Source of the DNA: Lytechinus pictus
Lineage: Eukaryota
DNA: 64,000 nucleotides
Reading direction: 5' to 3'
Assembly (NCBI RefSeq): GCF_037042905.1
Contig: NC_087251.1
Span: forward strand, 21,576,001-21,640,000
A program made the position numbers and the translations under genes. Positions 51,728 to 64,000 of this stretch are shown here, in pieces. Within the stretch, counting starts at the first letter, position 1; every line of letters starts with the position of its first letter. The notes under the pieces were generated by a model. That model was not told the DNA's origin. It did not search any database and saw nothing but the letters and a program-made list of their open reading frames with translations.

Positions 51728-53605
51728 TGGCATTATATACGTTATAATCAAGAACATTGATAATAAGCGAAGAATAAGAGATATTCTTATGGGGGCAATT
51801 ATTCAATCACTATAGGGGCTGGCGCTATGAGCCTGCCAGCCCCACCCTTTGACGTGCCGTGGTTTTCAAAGAACGTCAGAAAAGGGGAATAATTGAGAAA
51901 GATCACATATGTATACAGGTACAACATAATAATAAGGAAATGAATACACATTATTGTGAATAAATATCAAATTGATCGTATTTACACTGTAATTTATCTT
52001 AAACCGAATCGATACAAGAAGCTTGAAATTAAATTCACTCTTAAAAAGGATAAGTCATAAAAACCAATGTCTTGGTGAGTATGTGTCCAAGCGAAAATAG
52101 GTCGAAATCAACTAATATCCAAAACCTATTAAAATCTATCAGAATTTTGGTTGATATTCACCATTTTTTATCGATCAGAGACGTATTCACCAACAGACTG
52201 TCACTTTGACCATGGACCATGCTTTGACCAACACATTTTTTAAAGCAGTTAAGAGCGTAGAGTGAAGGACGAGAGAAAAGAAGAAAAGAGAGGGTGGATT
52301 GAGACGGATAGATGAAGGGTATAAGGAAGCACCTGATGGTGAAGAAAGTGATAATTAATACAGGTGTATAAATAACCTGGTATTTAGGAGGATGTTCATG
52401 ATTGATACTTGTTGCTCTAATATCTCGATCAAGGGTTCCGGTGGAGAGGGTTCACGCAGCGGTAAAGCACGCCACCTCCGTAATCGGAGAGAGGCCCGGA
52501 TGTTGAATCCACCTCCGAGCCTTCCATGCTATAGATCACTGAGGGGGGGGGGTGAAGGGAGAAGAAGATGGGGAGGAGTGACATAGGAGTTACAAAGGAT
52601 AGAGTGATTGTGAAAGAGAGATGGGAAAGAAAGAAACATAAGGCAAACCTGAAGAAAATGACCCTTTTTAAATGAAAATCCAATTTTGTGGTACCAAAAT
52701 ATAATTTCAAAATTGACACTTTTCCTTTCATTCTTTAAATTTGTTTTTCAGTTCATTATTTTTGTTCTAATTTCAATAATAACTAGTTGCTGTTATGTAT
52801 TATTTTCCACTTTTTTTATTTAATTTTTTTTCGGGGGGGGGGGGAGAATCTAAAACAGGAGATAATCATAAATTAGCTATAGAGATACAAACAGGTTTAC
52901 GAAAAGCGTATATAACAGAAATCTTTTTAAAATAGAAGAAAAATGAAACAAGGAAAAACAAAACAAAAAAATTGATTTACAAGTTCAGTATTTGTTAAAG
53001 GGGGAGTGAACTGCGTGTGCATGGTCTCTCACTGAATGTGTGTTATAAATACATAGTCTTAAAATATACATTTTCAGATATCTACTAATACTACAGAGAA
53101 TAAATTGACCTATAATTGTATTTGTATATAGAGAGAAACTAAAATGTTTTGAGAGGAAAAGTAATTGTTTTGCTACTTGGTAACATAAGTATTGCGGTAT
53201 TGAGTAAATCATTCGAGTGGGTCTATATTACTAGACTACCCTAGCATTATGGGTCAGGAATCTGGCCAGGTATGAGTAGTTGAGGACTCTAGATGGCGCT
53301 ATTGGTTCGTATATCTGCTTTAAGAAACACTGATAATGAAGAGTAAATTCCAACAATAGTGGTGCTTTCCGGTGTTTTTTTTTAAATGATGAAATCCTAA
53401 TTTTAAAAAAAGAAGTATAACGGGAGATAAAATGCAATATGCAATTTGTTAATATTGTTCAAACCTATATAAGGGTGATTGTCATGCTCGTATACAATAT
53501 TCGTGAAAATTAGCGAGATGACAATACTAGGAAAAACATATCTATAAGATAAAATGGGAATATGCAATGTGTATGTTATCTGTTCAACTACGTTCCACCT
53601 GGACA

Positions 53606-53790
53606 GGTGCCGTGGTCGAATGGTCTAAGGTGCCTAATTAGATTGAAAGTCCGGGGTTCGATCCCAGCTCCAGCACCTATGCCGCGAGTAGTTATTCGAC
53701 AGCGCTCTTTTACCCTATATTCATATAATTAGGGATGCTATGTGCATTCTTTGTAACTGGGTGTATGTGTGCATTTTTTTTTTAATCTGA
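53606..53790 (+). mobile_element. tRNA-derived SINE
   Basis: A-box TGGTCGAATGGT and B-box GGTTCGATCCC (53655-53665). No complete cloverleaf. 3' boundary approximate. Confidence 0.65.
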
Positions 53791-55441
53791 GATTCAATTA
53801 TTTTTAGGATAGTTTGTTCTCATTCTAACTGGTAACCTGATTTTACTCGACCTATTTTACCAAAAAGGGGAATCCGTTCACATCAAAAAGTTTGTTTTTT
53901 TATGCATCAGGTGACTGCAAATGAGATAACAAAACGAAAATAAATCAAACAAACAATAATAGCAACAACAGAACAAAATAACAACAGAAACCCGTTGGTG
54001 CAAAACTTGACGTAACAAATCGTTTATATTGCTATGCAATATATTCTATTTCTCAGAAGTGATTGATAGTTGTATTCATGATACTGACGAAATGAAATAT
54101 GCTTCTATAGGGATAAAACAAAACACAATTGAAATCAACAAGAGATTCAAATTAAAATTTGTTATCTCTTACCTTTAAGGGCGCCTATAAATCAGAAATA
54201 AAGACTTAACAAAATCAAATAATAGCTTCGAAATCGTAGCCAGTTGGATCGCATTACAAAACAAAACAAATCATTTACAGTAACTTCGGTTTTTAATTGG
54301 AATGGTTTGAATTTTCGTTAGCTATTATTTACGCAAGCTGCCATAAAAAGGAAAAATCAGCAAAATTGTTTTCGTCAGTGGTATTTTATTTTTCTAGTTT
54401 TGATGATTTTGAGACAACCGATCGTTATTGATCTTCCTATTTTGCCCAGAGCGATATGAGATTATTCGGGTTCGAAGTGAAATTCGCTCGGTTGAGATCA
54501 TTTTGATGATTGATCTTGCAAATTAATTTGAGTTTGATTACAATATGAATGATCCCATTCCTGTGTACTGATACAACCTTTAGCTTTGACATTGTCTCTA
54601 ACCACACGAGCGTGCTTTGAAGTGAATACGTTTGAAAAAATATTAATAAATAATAAAAAAGATAACTGCCTTCGACTTGCTAAGAGCGTATAGATCAGTG
54701 GGAAATAGACGAAGAACTTTTCGTTAAAGCTATTTATTTTGGCGTTATCGTTGTAATTGCGTATGTAGGTTATTTGAATGAATTATTAAATACCTTTATC
54801 TTCAATATCATAACTTTTCAAATTTGCAGCAATGTACCAGGAATTAAAACAATTGTTCCATTACGTAAAATTTTGTTCAATTTGCATGTACTGTCTTCTT
54901 GCTTTTATTTGAAAAGTAATTTTATTGATTTGTACACTTGTTATAAAAAGTCCCCTTTTTAAACAATTTAATATATTTCGACTCTATCACCTAAATAGCT
55001 TTGAAAAACAATATGCAGTACAATACTCGGTCACTTTATTTTCACTACATTAGTCAATCATTAGTTCAAGTACTGCCAATACAAACTGATTCTCGAGTGT
55101 ATATACAAGGACAATAAATATATTTACAAAACAAATCTAAGTTTGGGATGGTGAGAACGATTCTATCATCATTCATCTTGTCGTATAACTCGTGCTAAAA
55201 AAAAATTACAAAGGATTAATCGTGCGGAGGCAATTAGAATTAAACGAAAAGCTATTTGTGGTTTCTACTTTACCTATTTATATCTCTTCCCAAATCTGTT
55301 TGAAATAATTTCAGAATAAGAGAGAGGGAGAGAATATCTGCAGAGCAATGATTTCTTTTGGAAGGTCAGTTTCACAATTCATGCCGATGAAAAGACGTTT
55401 TTGATGACTGTTTCAGAAACTTATTTTGAATTCTCTCTTTT

Positions 55442-55595
55442 NNNNNNNNNNNNNNNNNNNNNNNNNNNNNNNNNNNNNNNNNNNNNNNNNNNNNNNNNNN
55501 NNNNNNNNNNNNNNNNNNNNNNNNNNNNNNNNNNNNNNNNNNNNNNNNNNNNNNNNNNNNNNNNNNNNNNNNNNNNNNNNNNNNNNNNNNNNNNN
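55442..55595. other. Assembly gap
   Basis: Run of N. Confidence 0.99.
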
Positions 55596-55655
55596 TTTCC
55601 AATATTTGGTAAAATGGGAACATGCATGTTTGTTGGGTAAAAAAAGATACCCAAT
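55596..55655 (-). mobile_element. Fragment of the 14437-type CACTA-like MITE
   Basis: ccaatatttggtaaaatgggaacatgcatgtttgttgggtaaaaaaagatacc matches the reverse complement of ~14566-14615. Confidence 0.7.
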
Positions 55656-55659
55656 ATAA

Positions 55660-55690
<31 letters not shown>

Positions 55691-55692
<2 letters not shown>

Positions 55693-56665
55693 GTGCGTAT
55701 CAAAAAAAAGTTTACACTTAGAAAAAATCCTGTAAAATTATACATTTGTAATATCCTGAAGATTTTTCCACATTTTAACATTGGTACAGATCCATTAATA
55801 AGCAAATGACGATATAACTGTCGAAGAATATTTCCGCTTGAGTGAACACCACTTACTTTTAGTGAAAAATTATTTGCGCAGAACTTTTAAATAGTTATGC
55901 GAATAAAAGTAGACCTTAATCATAATGAACATGTTGAATTTAGCTAGTAAAATTGATTTGAATATATCTTTTTCCCTCTTTAACTGGTTTCCTTGCCCAA
56001 AACAATTCGAAGAATGCATTGCACCCCTCCCCACTCCCCCACACACCGAGGCCATTGTGACGATATTTGCTTTACACCGAGCTGTGATTTACATGAAATT
56101 GCTTAGGCTTGATTTTCATTTTGTTAATCATTGTCAAGCTTGGAAAAAGTGTGGAGAAACAAGTATTAAATGAAAAATGAAATGTAAACCCACTTTAAAT
56201 GATAAAAACTTAGTGAAAAAATGCTGGAGTTGTCTGATATAAACTTTTTTTCAGATTTAGTTATGTCCTCAAATCCAGCTGGCGCAAAAAAGGTAAAGTT
56301 TGTGCTTACTAAGTGTTGACATTTCAATTTGGGTGGCAAAGTTGTTACAAAATGCTTGATTGTATCCATTTTAATTCAATTGACTAAAAGTGCAATGTAT
56401 GAGAAATGTTTCGCAGGGTAAGTTTGATGTCGCCCTTTGCCCTTGACACAGCGTGAAAACGAGCATTTCTGCGCAAACAGATTCCTGCGAGCTTTACAAA
56501 AATGGACAGTGCTCACTCAAGTGTAACATTTTGTCATAATTTTCACTTTCATTTGATAGATGAGACCCAAACCCAAGATTATATGTGAAAAAAATTACCC
56601 ACATGTTGTATATTTTTTAATTCCCAGGGCTTTTTCAAAGTGTAAACTTTTTTTGATACGCACTG
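55691..56665 (+). mobile_element. Non-autonomous Tc1/mariner-like element inserted in (TA)n
   Basis: TIR (C/T)AGTGCGTATCAAAAAAAAGTTTACACT / AGTGTAAACTTTTTTTGATACGCACTG with TA flanks. No transposase ORF. A second copy starts at 63160. Confidence 0.9.
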
Positions 56666-56714
<49 letters not shown>

Positions 56715-59570
56715 CAAAGTGAAACATTATTTTCTCTTAAGATTTATACCCTATAGTTCGAAAAAAAAGCAGCCAATAAAAACATAAATAGATATGCTTC
56801 CACCTAAATTGCCCAAGGGAAAAAAGTTTTATGATAGACAATTCAAATACAATTTAATTGTCTACGTTTTTACAACGGTATCGCATCACCAGAGTTTCAA
56901 TGATTGCAAAAAAGAACGAAAGGGAAAGGACGAAAATACGAATATTACTCCGATTTTCTTGCATTTCAACAGTTCAATCACCAGAAGTATAGCCGGTTCG
57001 TGTTTCAATATGTTCTGTCGTGGTATGACACTCGGATTAAAAGCAAAGAAATAAAAGCCTTAACAATGCCCTTTAATTATCCGCATCTCTACTACTAGCA
57101 TGACTAGAGAGCTACAAAATAAGCGTCATTGGGTGGGAATACTGAAAGCGATAATGAGGTTCGTGTTTCGAGTAAATGGTAATCCACAGGCCATCGAAGG
57201 TCATTAGCTTTTTTTTACACTTAATGTCAGTATTTCAATTCTATACCAGCCAGTGATGACGCGAAGACAATATATAAAATGAATTTGTACGAGAAGACAA
57301 AAAATAAGAAAAAAATATTTTTTAAAGTATGCAGCGCGTGTAGCAATGTTATTTCGAATTCAAGTGGCACGAATGCTCGATTTTTGTAAAAGACGGATAA
57401 TTATTATCCATTCCCACCCCAGCCACAAAAAAGAGAGAAAACTCTGAAATGGCTGAAAACTGAAAACCGACCTTAAAGTTAAGAAGGGTTTTTTTTTTAA
57501 TAAATAAACATGGAGAAGGTAAGCCCTACTCCCCCTCTCTCTCTCTCTCCTGTCTCCTTTCCATCCTCTTACTTTTCTAAAAGAGATTAACATTTTCAAA
57601 ATTTTAACGTTTCAATTTCTTTCAAATGGTAAATATACTATTTAGCGCTTTCCTAATTTTTTTTATTTGCATCGTTCACTATCTATACAGAATATGGGTT
57701 CGTTTTTATATGGCAACGACAGTAGAAACATTGAATTTCAATGGTTACTCAACCATGTTACTATCTGATTGCGATGAGGTACCAATTAAAAAAATCTCAT
57801 TCTTCAATATATATAGAACTTACTATTTTCTCAATTTGATTTTGAATTGGTCCACGACCGCAATCCTATAGATTGATTTTCAATCTAAGGAATTTATAGG
57901 CAAAGTTGTCACAATCTTAAAGCTCAATACGAAACTGCCTCCCCCCATCCTGGACTCTCCGAAAACGAAAAATTAGATAGAGTTCACCCGTATTTCATTC
58001 CCCTCTGTAGTGACGTCAAGGATCAGTCACTTTGGAGTTAATCTAGAGTGAACTTATAAATGTTTCACACAAATTTCACTTTAAAAAGGGTGAAATTCAC
58101 TATAAAAAAATAAGTGAAAATCACACTTAATATAAATATCAGGTGATTTTACTTATTGGGAGGAGTGAATTAATCACTCGATTTTTTTTTACTCCATAAC
58201 TTCCTTCCTTATATTTTGTAATCGGCAGATTTCTCGGGCTAGCTTATATTAATATCAGCGACATAAACTGTGGGCACATTTTTTTTGGTGGTGGGGGGGT
58301 ATGCACAACAAAGAAATTGTTAAATCAAAGTTAGAGTGTGGGAAGCATGAACAAGAGCATGGCAATGGAAATAATAACTATCAAATTAATGGTAAAAAGA
58401 AGAAAATAATGATGATAAAAGATGGAGAATATAAAAAGAAGGGGGAAACAGGGAATAGGAAAAAGAAGAAGAAAGTAATAGGAGAAAAATATATCATTAC
58501 AGCCTCTTTCATAATTCGCCTTCTCAAGTGCTCATTTTAAAGACACTCATGGCGAAAAGAACCAACCATGAAGCTATATGACTCTGACATCAGAGAAAGG
58601 GCCCAGTTGCCAAGTTATTAAAAATAATAAAACAACAACAATAACAAGTTTAGACATTGTTACCGAGTAATTTCGATGTCATGATAAATCTTCGCGCGTC
58701 CACACGGAATCACAAAGATATATGGCGTGATTACTACTTCTCTAGAGGGAATAAATTAGGATAAATCTCCTAAATAATCTATGAGCATTAGGATAAAGGA
58801 ATACGTTTTCATAGAAAATTTCGATTCGCATTATTCCAGGAAGTAAGATTTAACGATTTTATTATTGTAGTCCCTGGATATTAATTAGACTAACTTTCTT
58901 AACCATTCGGTACAATGCTCTGCTGGCGGCACATACATTGTCCCTTGGGACAATCACATCAGTGGAGCTATGATTTAACAAAACAAGATAGCAGGAAAAA
59001 TAGCCGCTTAATCACTGGGGAGAATTCTTGTAAATTATGGTGGAATGCGAATAACGATGATAACAGTCAAAATGAAGTATATATGCTTTTGTATTAGTTT
59101 ACTGCTTTTATCATGCAAAATTTTCTATAGTATTTTTTTTGGGGGGGGGGTAGTTAGCAAATTTATCATTTTTTTTATTTAAGGAAATACCACATTTTCC
59201 ACTACATGCCTAAAAGTTGACAACCTCGGCCTTAGTCCTGTTAATTTTATATATATATATATAATAAGGGATTAAAACACATCTTAGATGACTAATATAA
59301 TTGTGAGAAATAACATATGAGAATCAATGTTGTTCAAGAAGATACGAAATAGTATCATCCAATATCATCTAAGTTAATGTAGGAGTGTATCATGTTTGAT
59401 AATTACGATTAGCTCTAGTATGCAAAATACTAATAGACTTTTAGTGCTACAAAATAAAATTATAAGACTTGTTTATCACCGCCAATACCTTGCCCATACC
59501 AACCCTATTTTCTTTTATCTAAAGACTCTGAAAATGCCTGATATGTATGTATACCAATGTGCAATATTTA

Positions 59571-61228
59571 CACTGGCGTAAATCCCGGGGGGATGGGGGG
59601 GATATATCCCCCCACTTTTCGAGGAGGGGGGATGGCCTGTACAAACATCCCCCCACTTTTTACGAAAGAAATGAAAAAAAAATCACAAGAGATAATTGTT
59701 TTATTGGTGAAGATTCTTCCTGAAATACCGCTTAACAAATAAAACAATATAATTGAATCATAAAATGCAAATAAAGAGCCAGTTCACCATTTCCAAACGA
59801 AATACTTGTGTCCTAATTATAACATTGAAGAGAAACTCCCGTTTCTTCCAATTCATCAATGTTGGGGTCTTTGGGAAGGGATTAAGTTGGAATGTCAATT
59901 CTTTTTTAATGTAATCTCTAATTAAACCATTAAACCATCATGGGGTAAAAAAGATAATAATATTGGAGGGGTATTTGCCATATGGACATACAGTGGCGTG
60001 ACTACGGGGGGGGGGGCCATCGGCTGACCAAAAAAAAACGGGGAAAAGGAGAAAAGAGGGAGAAAGGAAGAAAAGCGTATAGTGGGGAAAGAAGAAAATA
60101 TCATTCAAATGTTATATTGTAATTATGTTATGTTACATTACATAAGAATCATTTTTATCATAACTTCATGAAACATAATTTGCCCAGGGCCTACGTATTC
60201 ATTGTTCCTGGTGCTTGCATTGTCTGTTAACGAGATATATAATCCTGTTGTACTGAAACATCCCGTTTTCAAGTCAATATAAACCAAATATATTTCCTAG
60301 CACTTGAGTTATCATTGTTTTATGTAGTGACATATGCTTCTTTTTCATGACTCAAAAAGTGATTGCCCCATGTTAAGGTCTTCGTATATATGAAACATTT
60401 CCTGTCCGTGATTACGTTCGCATTAGTGGATTGGTGAGATATGTCTGCTCTTCATGAATTCCTAAAATCAGTCCTTAAAATGTCCCTTTTTCTGATTTGA
60501 ATATCAAAAATTTTCAGCTCGCACTTCGCGCTCGCATAATTTGGATATTGAAATACGTATGGTCCTAGTTAATTCTTACAAAGAAACCTTAGAATGCCCC
60601 ACTTCAGGTCTGAATTATCTAAGTTTTCAGCTCGCGCTTCGCGCTCGCAATATTTGATTAGTGAGATGCGTATGAAAATCATGATTGCAATGACTACAAA
60701 AAGTGTTTCATGTGTTCAGATGTAATTCTTATAAACCAGCAAGCGCTTGGCACTCGCATTAGATGACTATGGTGAGATATGCATACTCTTATTCCTCAAA
60801 ATCTCGCTGTTTGGGGTCAAAATATACGAAAACTTCAGCTCGCGCTTCGCGCTCGTATTGTTTAGCGAGACAGGTACCTGTCATGATTACACAAATTTGA
60901 TTATAATGTATCTTTTTAGGTGTGAATATAAAAAAAATTCGGCTCGCGCTTCGCGCTCGCATTATTTGATCAGTGAGATGCATATCCGTTTAATGACATT
61001 GTCCAGAAAATGTTCCTAGTAGGTCAGTATAACTGGCAACTGAGCGCGCTCGATCACTCAGTGATTCAAACATTTCGCTGGTGCCCCCCTCCCCAATGCC
61101 GTGACCCACGGTACGCCACTGTGGACATATCAATGAAAATTCCTTGCATATCTAAAAACATGATTGCAAAAAAATGCCAAAATATTTCAGTCATCCCCCC
61201 CACCCATCAACACGGATTTACGCCAGTG
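59571..61228 (-). mobile_element. Non-autonomous hAT-like element (outer element of composite, copy 2)
   Basis: Perfect TIRs CACTGGCGTAAATCC / GGATTTACGCCAGTG. 8-bp TSD AATATTTA at 59563-59570 and 61229-61236. Reverse complement of 9512-11212. Confidence 0.93.
59991..61121 (-). mobile_element. Nested inner hAT-like element (copy 2)
   Basis: CAGTGGCGT / ACGCCACTG termini. TSD TGGACATA is the reverse complement of copy 1's inner TSD. Confidence 0.92.
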
Positions 61229-62040
61229 AATATTTATGTATTTATGTATCCATAATAATTTGGAATGAATTACCAATTACAATAAGACAGAGTCCAACGC
61301 TGAATACTTTTAAAAGAAAAATGAAATCTTTACTATTACATAAGTACCTCTAAAATGTAACAATTTGATATTTTAAATAAGAAATGTATGCGTGTGTGTT
61401 TGCGGGTGTTTGATTACGAATGGTGTATGTGTGTTGATGTTGATGTATGATTTCAATGTACTATTTTCATTTAATTTTACTTTTAATCAACAATTCAATT
61501 TTTAAACCTTCTGATCTGTATGGAGATTGGCTTTTAATATAAGGCTCTGCCTTTCTGCCTCTCCTATTACTTTCATTTGTACATATGTCTTGTTTATATG
61601 TTTTCTTTATCTGTTTTTTAATGAAAGTATTGAATAAATAAAATGAAATGAAATAAATTTCCTTAAACAGAAAAACAAATAAAAGTAAAGCTGACAATCC
61701 CTCTTAAGCAATAACGCCACGTTCATCAAAGAAAATAAATCCACAATTCAAACATTTCAAATCCCACATACAAACCAGCGATGCGGTAAACTTGGCAGAA
61801 AAATAATTTTATCAGCGATAAGAAGACATGTGATTATGAAGTTCAATGCATATAAAGGATCAAACTTGTTAAAGTGAGGGGTGGTGTGCACGTGGTATCG
61901 AGATGTATATAGAGACGTGATGAATGCGTGTGCGCGGGTGAGAGAGAGTGTGTAATTAAATTAAATCTCACATGAAATAGATTTGGAGTGGAGTGTGGGT
62001 GGATGTGGGTATGTGTTCCCCATGTTGCTCCTAAAGTATA

Positions 62041-62279
62041 CACAGCAAAAACTGTGGTGTTAACCGGTGTACATAGAGGACCACACCAGTTATTTTACTC
62101 CGGTGTTAAATTGATGGTGTTAGTTTAACACCTGTAGGTGTTATTACAACACCTTTGGTTGTTACATTTACACTCTTTGGTGTTATGTTCAATCTCTAGG
62201 GTGTAATTTTAACACCTCGGGGTGTGGTCCTCTATTAACACAAACTGGTGTCAGTTTTAACACCACATTTTTTACAGTG
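62041..62279 (-). mobile_element. EnSpm/CACTA-like MITE (copy 2)
   Basis: Reverse complement of 51490-51727, with 2-bp TSD TA. Confidence 0.88.
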
Positions 62280-62305
62280 TAACAACCCATTTATGAAGGA
62301 ACTAT

Positions 62306-62639
62306 CAGTGGCGGATCTATGGGGGATTTAAGGGGTTTAACACCCCCCTTGGGCTGCCAATTAAGAAATAATAACGTGCATTAAAAATTGCCATCATGTC
62401 CAGACCCACACAAAATATTCCTTTAGCATGAACTGCCTTTAATGGTATTAAGTAGTGAAACCCATTTTTTTTTGCTTGTAAAAATTCTGGGGACACAAAT
62501 TACCTTCAATTTGGAGTGAAAAAGCCCCTTTTTTTGGCCTGTCAAATTAACATCAGCACCCTCTGTTAAAAAAAAAAGACGTCGTTCCCAGGGCCATGGG
62601 TTAACCCCCCCCCCAGAAAAAAATCTAGATACGCCCCTG
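62306..62639. mobile_element. hAT-like MITE
   Basis: CAGTGGCGGATCTA ... TAGATACGCCCCTG, with partial flank duplication (gaactat/gactat). Confidence 0.7.
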
Positions 62640-62764
62640 GACTATATGGTATGTAGGACAGCTCTGTTAGGCACAGAACTTGCCTATTAATTTGAAGTTG
62701 GATAAAGAATATTGAACACTCCCATATCTCGTGAAACATTATTATTGGTGATGGGCGCGATATC

Positions 62765-63010
62765 GGGTCGTGTGGTCCAGTAGTTAGAGCATTGGTTGTG
62801 AGTTCGAATCCCCACTCTGCCATTGTCTCCACTTTGATAAAAAGGCCCAAGAGTAATATCTGTCGTCTATAAGGTCAGCCATTATGACTGATTAACCTAG
62901 ACGTAAAATTTTCGGTAATTGGTTAAATATCAGCTTGGCGTTTACCAGCAAAATGCTGTCCTGCCGAGTTCTTACGGGAGTTACCATAAACAGAAACAGA
63001 AACAGAAAAG
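62765..63010 (+). mobile_element. tRNA-derived SINE with (AAACAG)n tail
   Basis: A-box TGGTCCAGTAGTT, B-box GAGTTCGAATCC (62800-62811), tail aaacagaaacagaaacagaaa. Confidence 0.7.
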
Positions 63011-63159
63011 CGTTTTTAAGTTATTTTAAGGTTGGAGAATCGCATTGACTTAACAGAAACAAACAAAAACAATAAACAAATAGGCCTAGTTAAAAGTAGT
63101 CTATAAAGACTCCGATACAAATCATCATGCAGATCTACTTTGCTAGCAGTCTTATTCTA

Positions 63160-64000
63160 CAGTGCGTATCAAAAAAAAGTTTACACTTTTAAAAGGCCCT
63201 GGGAATTAAAAAATATACAACATGTGGGTAATTTTTTCACATGCAATATTGGGTTTGGGTCTCATCTATCCAATGAAAGTAAAAGTTTTGACGGAATGTT
63301 ACACTGGAGTGAGCACTGTCCATTTTTGTAAAGCTCGCAGAAACCTGTTTGCGCAGAAATGCTCGTTTTCACGCTGTGTCAAGGGGAAAGGGCGAAATCA
63401 AACTTACCCTGCGAAACATTTCTCATACATTTCCCTTGCACTTTTAGTCAATTGAAATAAAACGGATACATTCAAGCAGTTTGTAAAACTTTTGCCACCC
63501 AAATTGAAATTTCAACACTTGGTAAGCACAACCTTTACCCTTTTTGTGCCAGCTGGATCTGAGGACACTGAATCTGAACAACAGTTTATATCAGACATCT
63601 CCAGCATTTTTTCACTTTTTATCATTTAAAGTGGGTTTACATTTCATTTTTCATTTAATACTTGTTTCTCCACACTTTCCCAGGCTTGACAATGATTAAC
63701 ATAATAAAAATCAAGCCTAAGCCATTTCATGTAAATCACAGCTCGGTGAAAAGCAAATATCGTCACGATGGCCTCGGTGTGTGGGTGAGTGGGGTGGGGC
63801 GCAATGCACTCTTCGAAGTGTTTTGGGCAAGGAAACAAGTTTTTTAAAAAGGTAAAAGATATCTTCAAATCAATTTTAATAGCTAAGTTTCACGTGTTCT
63901 TCATGATTAATGTCTATTTTTATTCGCATAACTATTTCAAAGCTCTGCGCAAATAATTTTTCACTAACTTTTTCAAAAGTAAGTGCTGCTCACTCAAGCA
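63160..64000 (-). mobile_element. Tc1/mariner-like non-autonomous element copy 2 (runs off window end)
   Basis: TA|CAGTGCGTATCAAAAAAAAGTTTACACT. Colinear reverse complement of ~55838-56665. Confidence 0.9.

Larger units (their letters stand above)
59420..61655 (+). mobile_element. Truncated LINE (L2/Crack/CR1-group) ORF2 C-terminus plus 3' UTR, interrupted by hAT composite copy 2
   Basis: NRLLVLQNKIIRLV..AHTNPIF..LKTLKMPDMYVYQCAIF precedes the insertion. WNELPITIRQSPTLNTFKRKMKSLLLHKYL* (61261-61353) follows it. The tail is AATAAATAAAATGAAATGAAAT. Confidence 0.75.

Noticed and set aside
53606-53680. Possible tRNA genes here and at 62765, 14380 and 36975
   Set aside because: Only A/B boxes are retained, with no complete cloverleaf. 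They continue into SINE bodies or are degenerate.
55691-56665. Transposase coding capacity in the Tc1-like and hAT elements
   Set aside because: Only short ORFs without recognisable DDE or HTH motifs, so the elements are non-autonomous.
57600-58200. Possible decayed CACTA-type MITEs (gtgaaattcac motifs); similar weak remnants at ~4290-4430, 11500-12180, 26880-27250 and 43690-44400
   Set aside because: Termini and TSDs cannot be established by eye.
1-64000. Conserved miRNA hairpins
   Set aside because: A by-eye scan for remembered deuterostome mature miRNA sequences found only short partial matches. A miRBase/Rfam search is needed to exclude them.

Overview
Eukaryotic, AT-rich animal genomic DNA. 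It is probably a sea urchin or other echinoderm, which I infer from the protein and repeat style and cannot prove. There are four assembly gaps. The only supportable protein-coding gene is an intronless INSM/IA-1 (nerfin/egl-46 family) SNAG zinc-finger transcription factor at 524-1972 (+). The remaining ~62 kb downstream is a gene desert. It holds many non-autonomous DNA transposons (hAT-, Kolobok-, EnSpm/CACTA-, Harbinger- and Tc1/mariner-like, classified by termini and target-site duplications, TSDs), tRNA-derived SINEs, LINE 3' fragments, microsatellites and CpG-richer candidate cis-regulatory islands. The most notable structures are: (i) a nested hAT-in-hAT composite that moved as one unit, present in two inverted copies ~50 kb apart and carrying a ~110-bp periodic array of GCGCGAAGCGC mini-hairpin motifs; (ii) a ~158-bp-monomer / ~475-bp higher-order tandem array; (iii) an exact CDE-4nt-CHR element in an orphan promoter-like island; (iv) an altered ZF3 recognition helix and finger spacing in the INSM protein. 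No CRISPR array, rRNA or intact tRNA gene was found.
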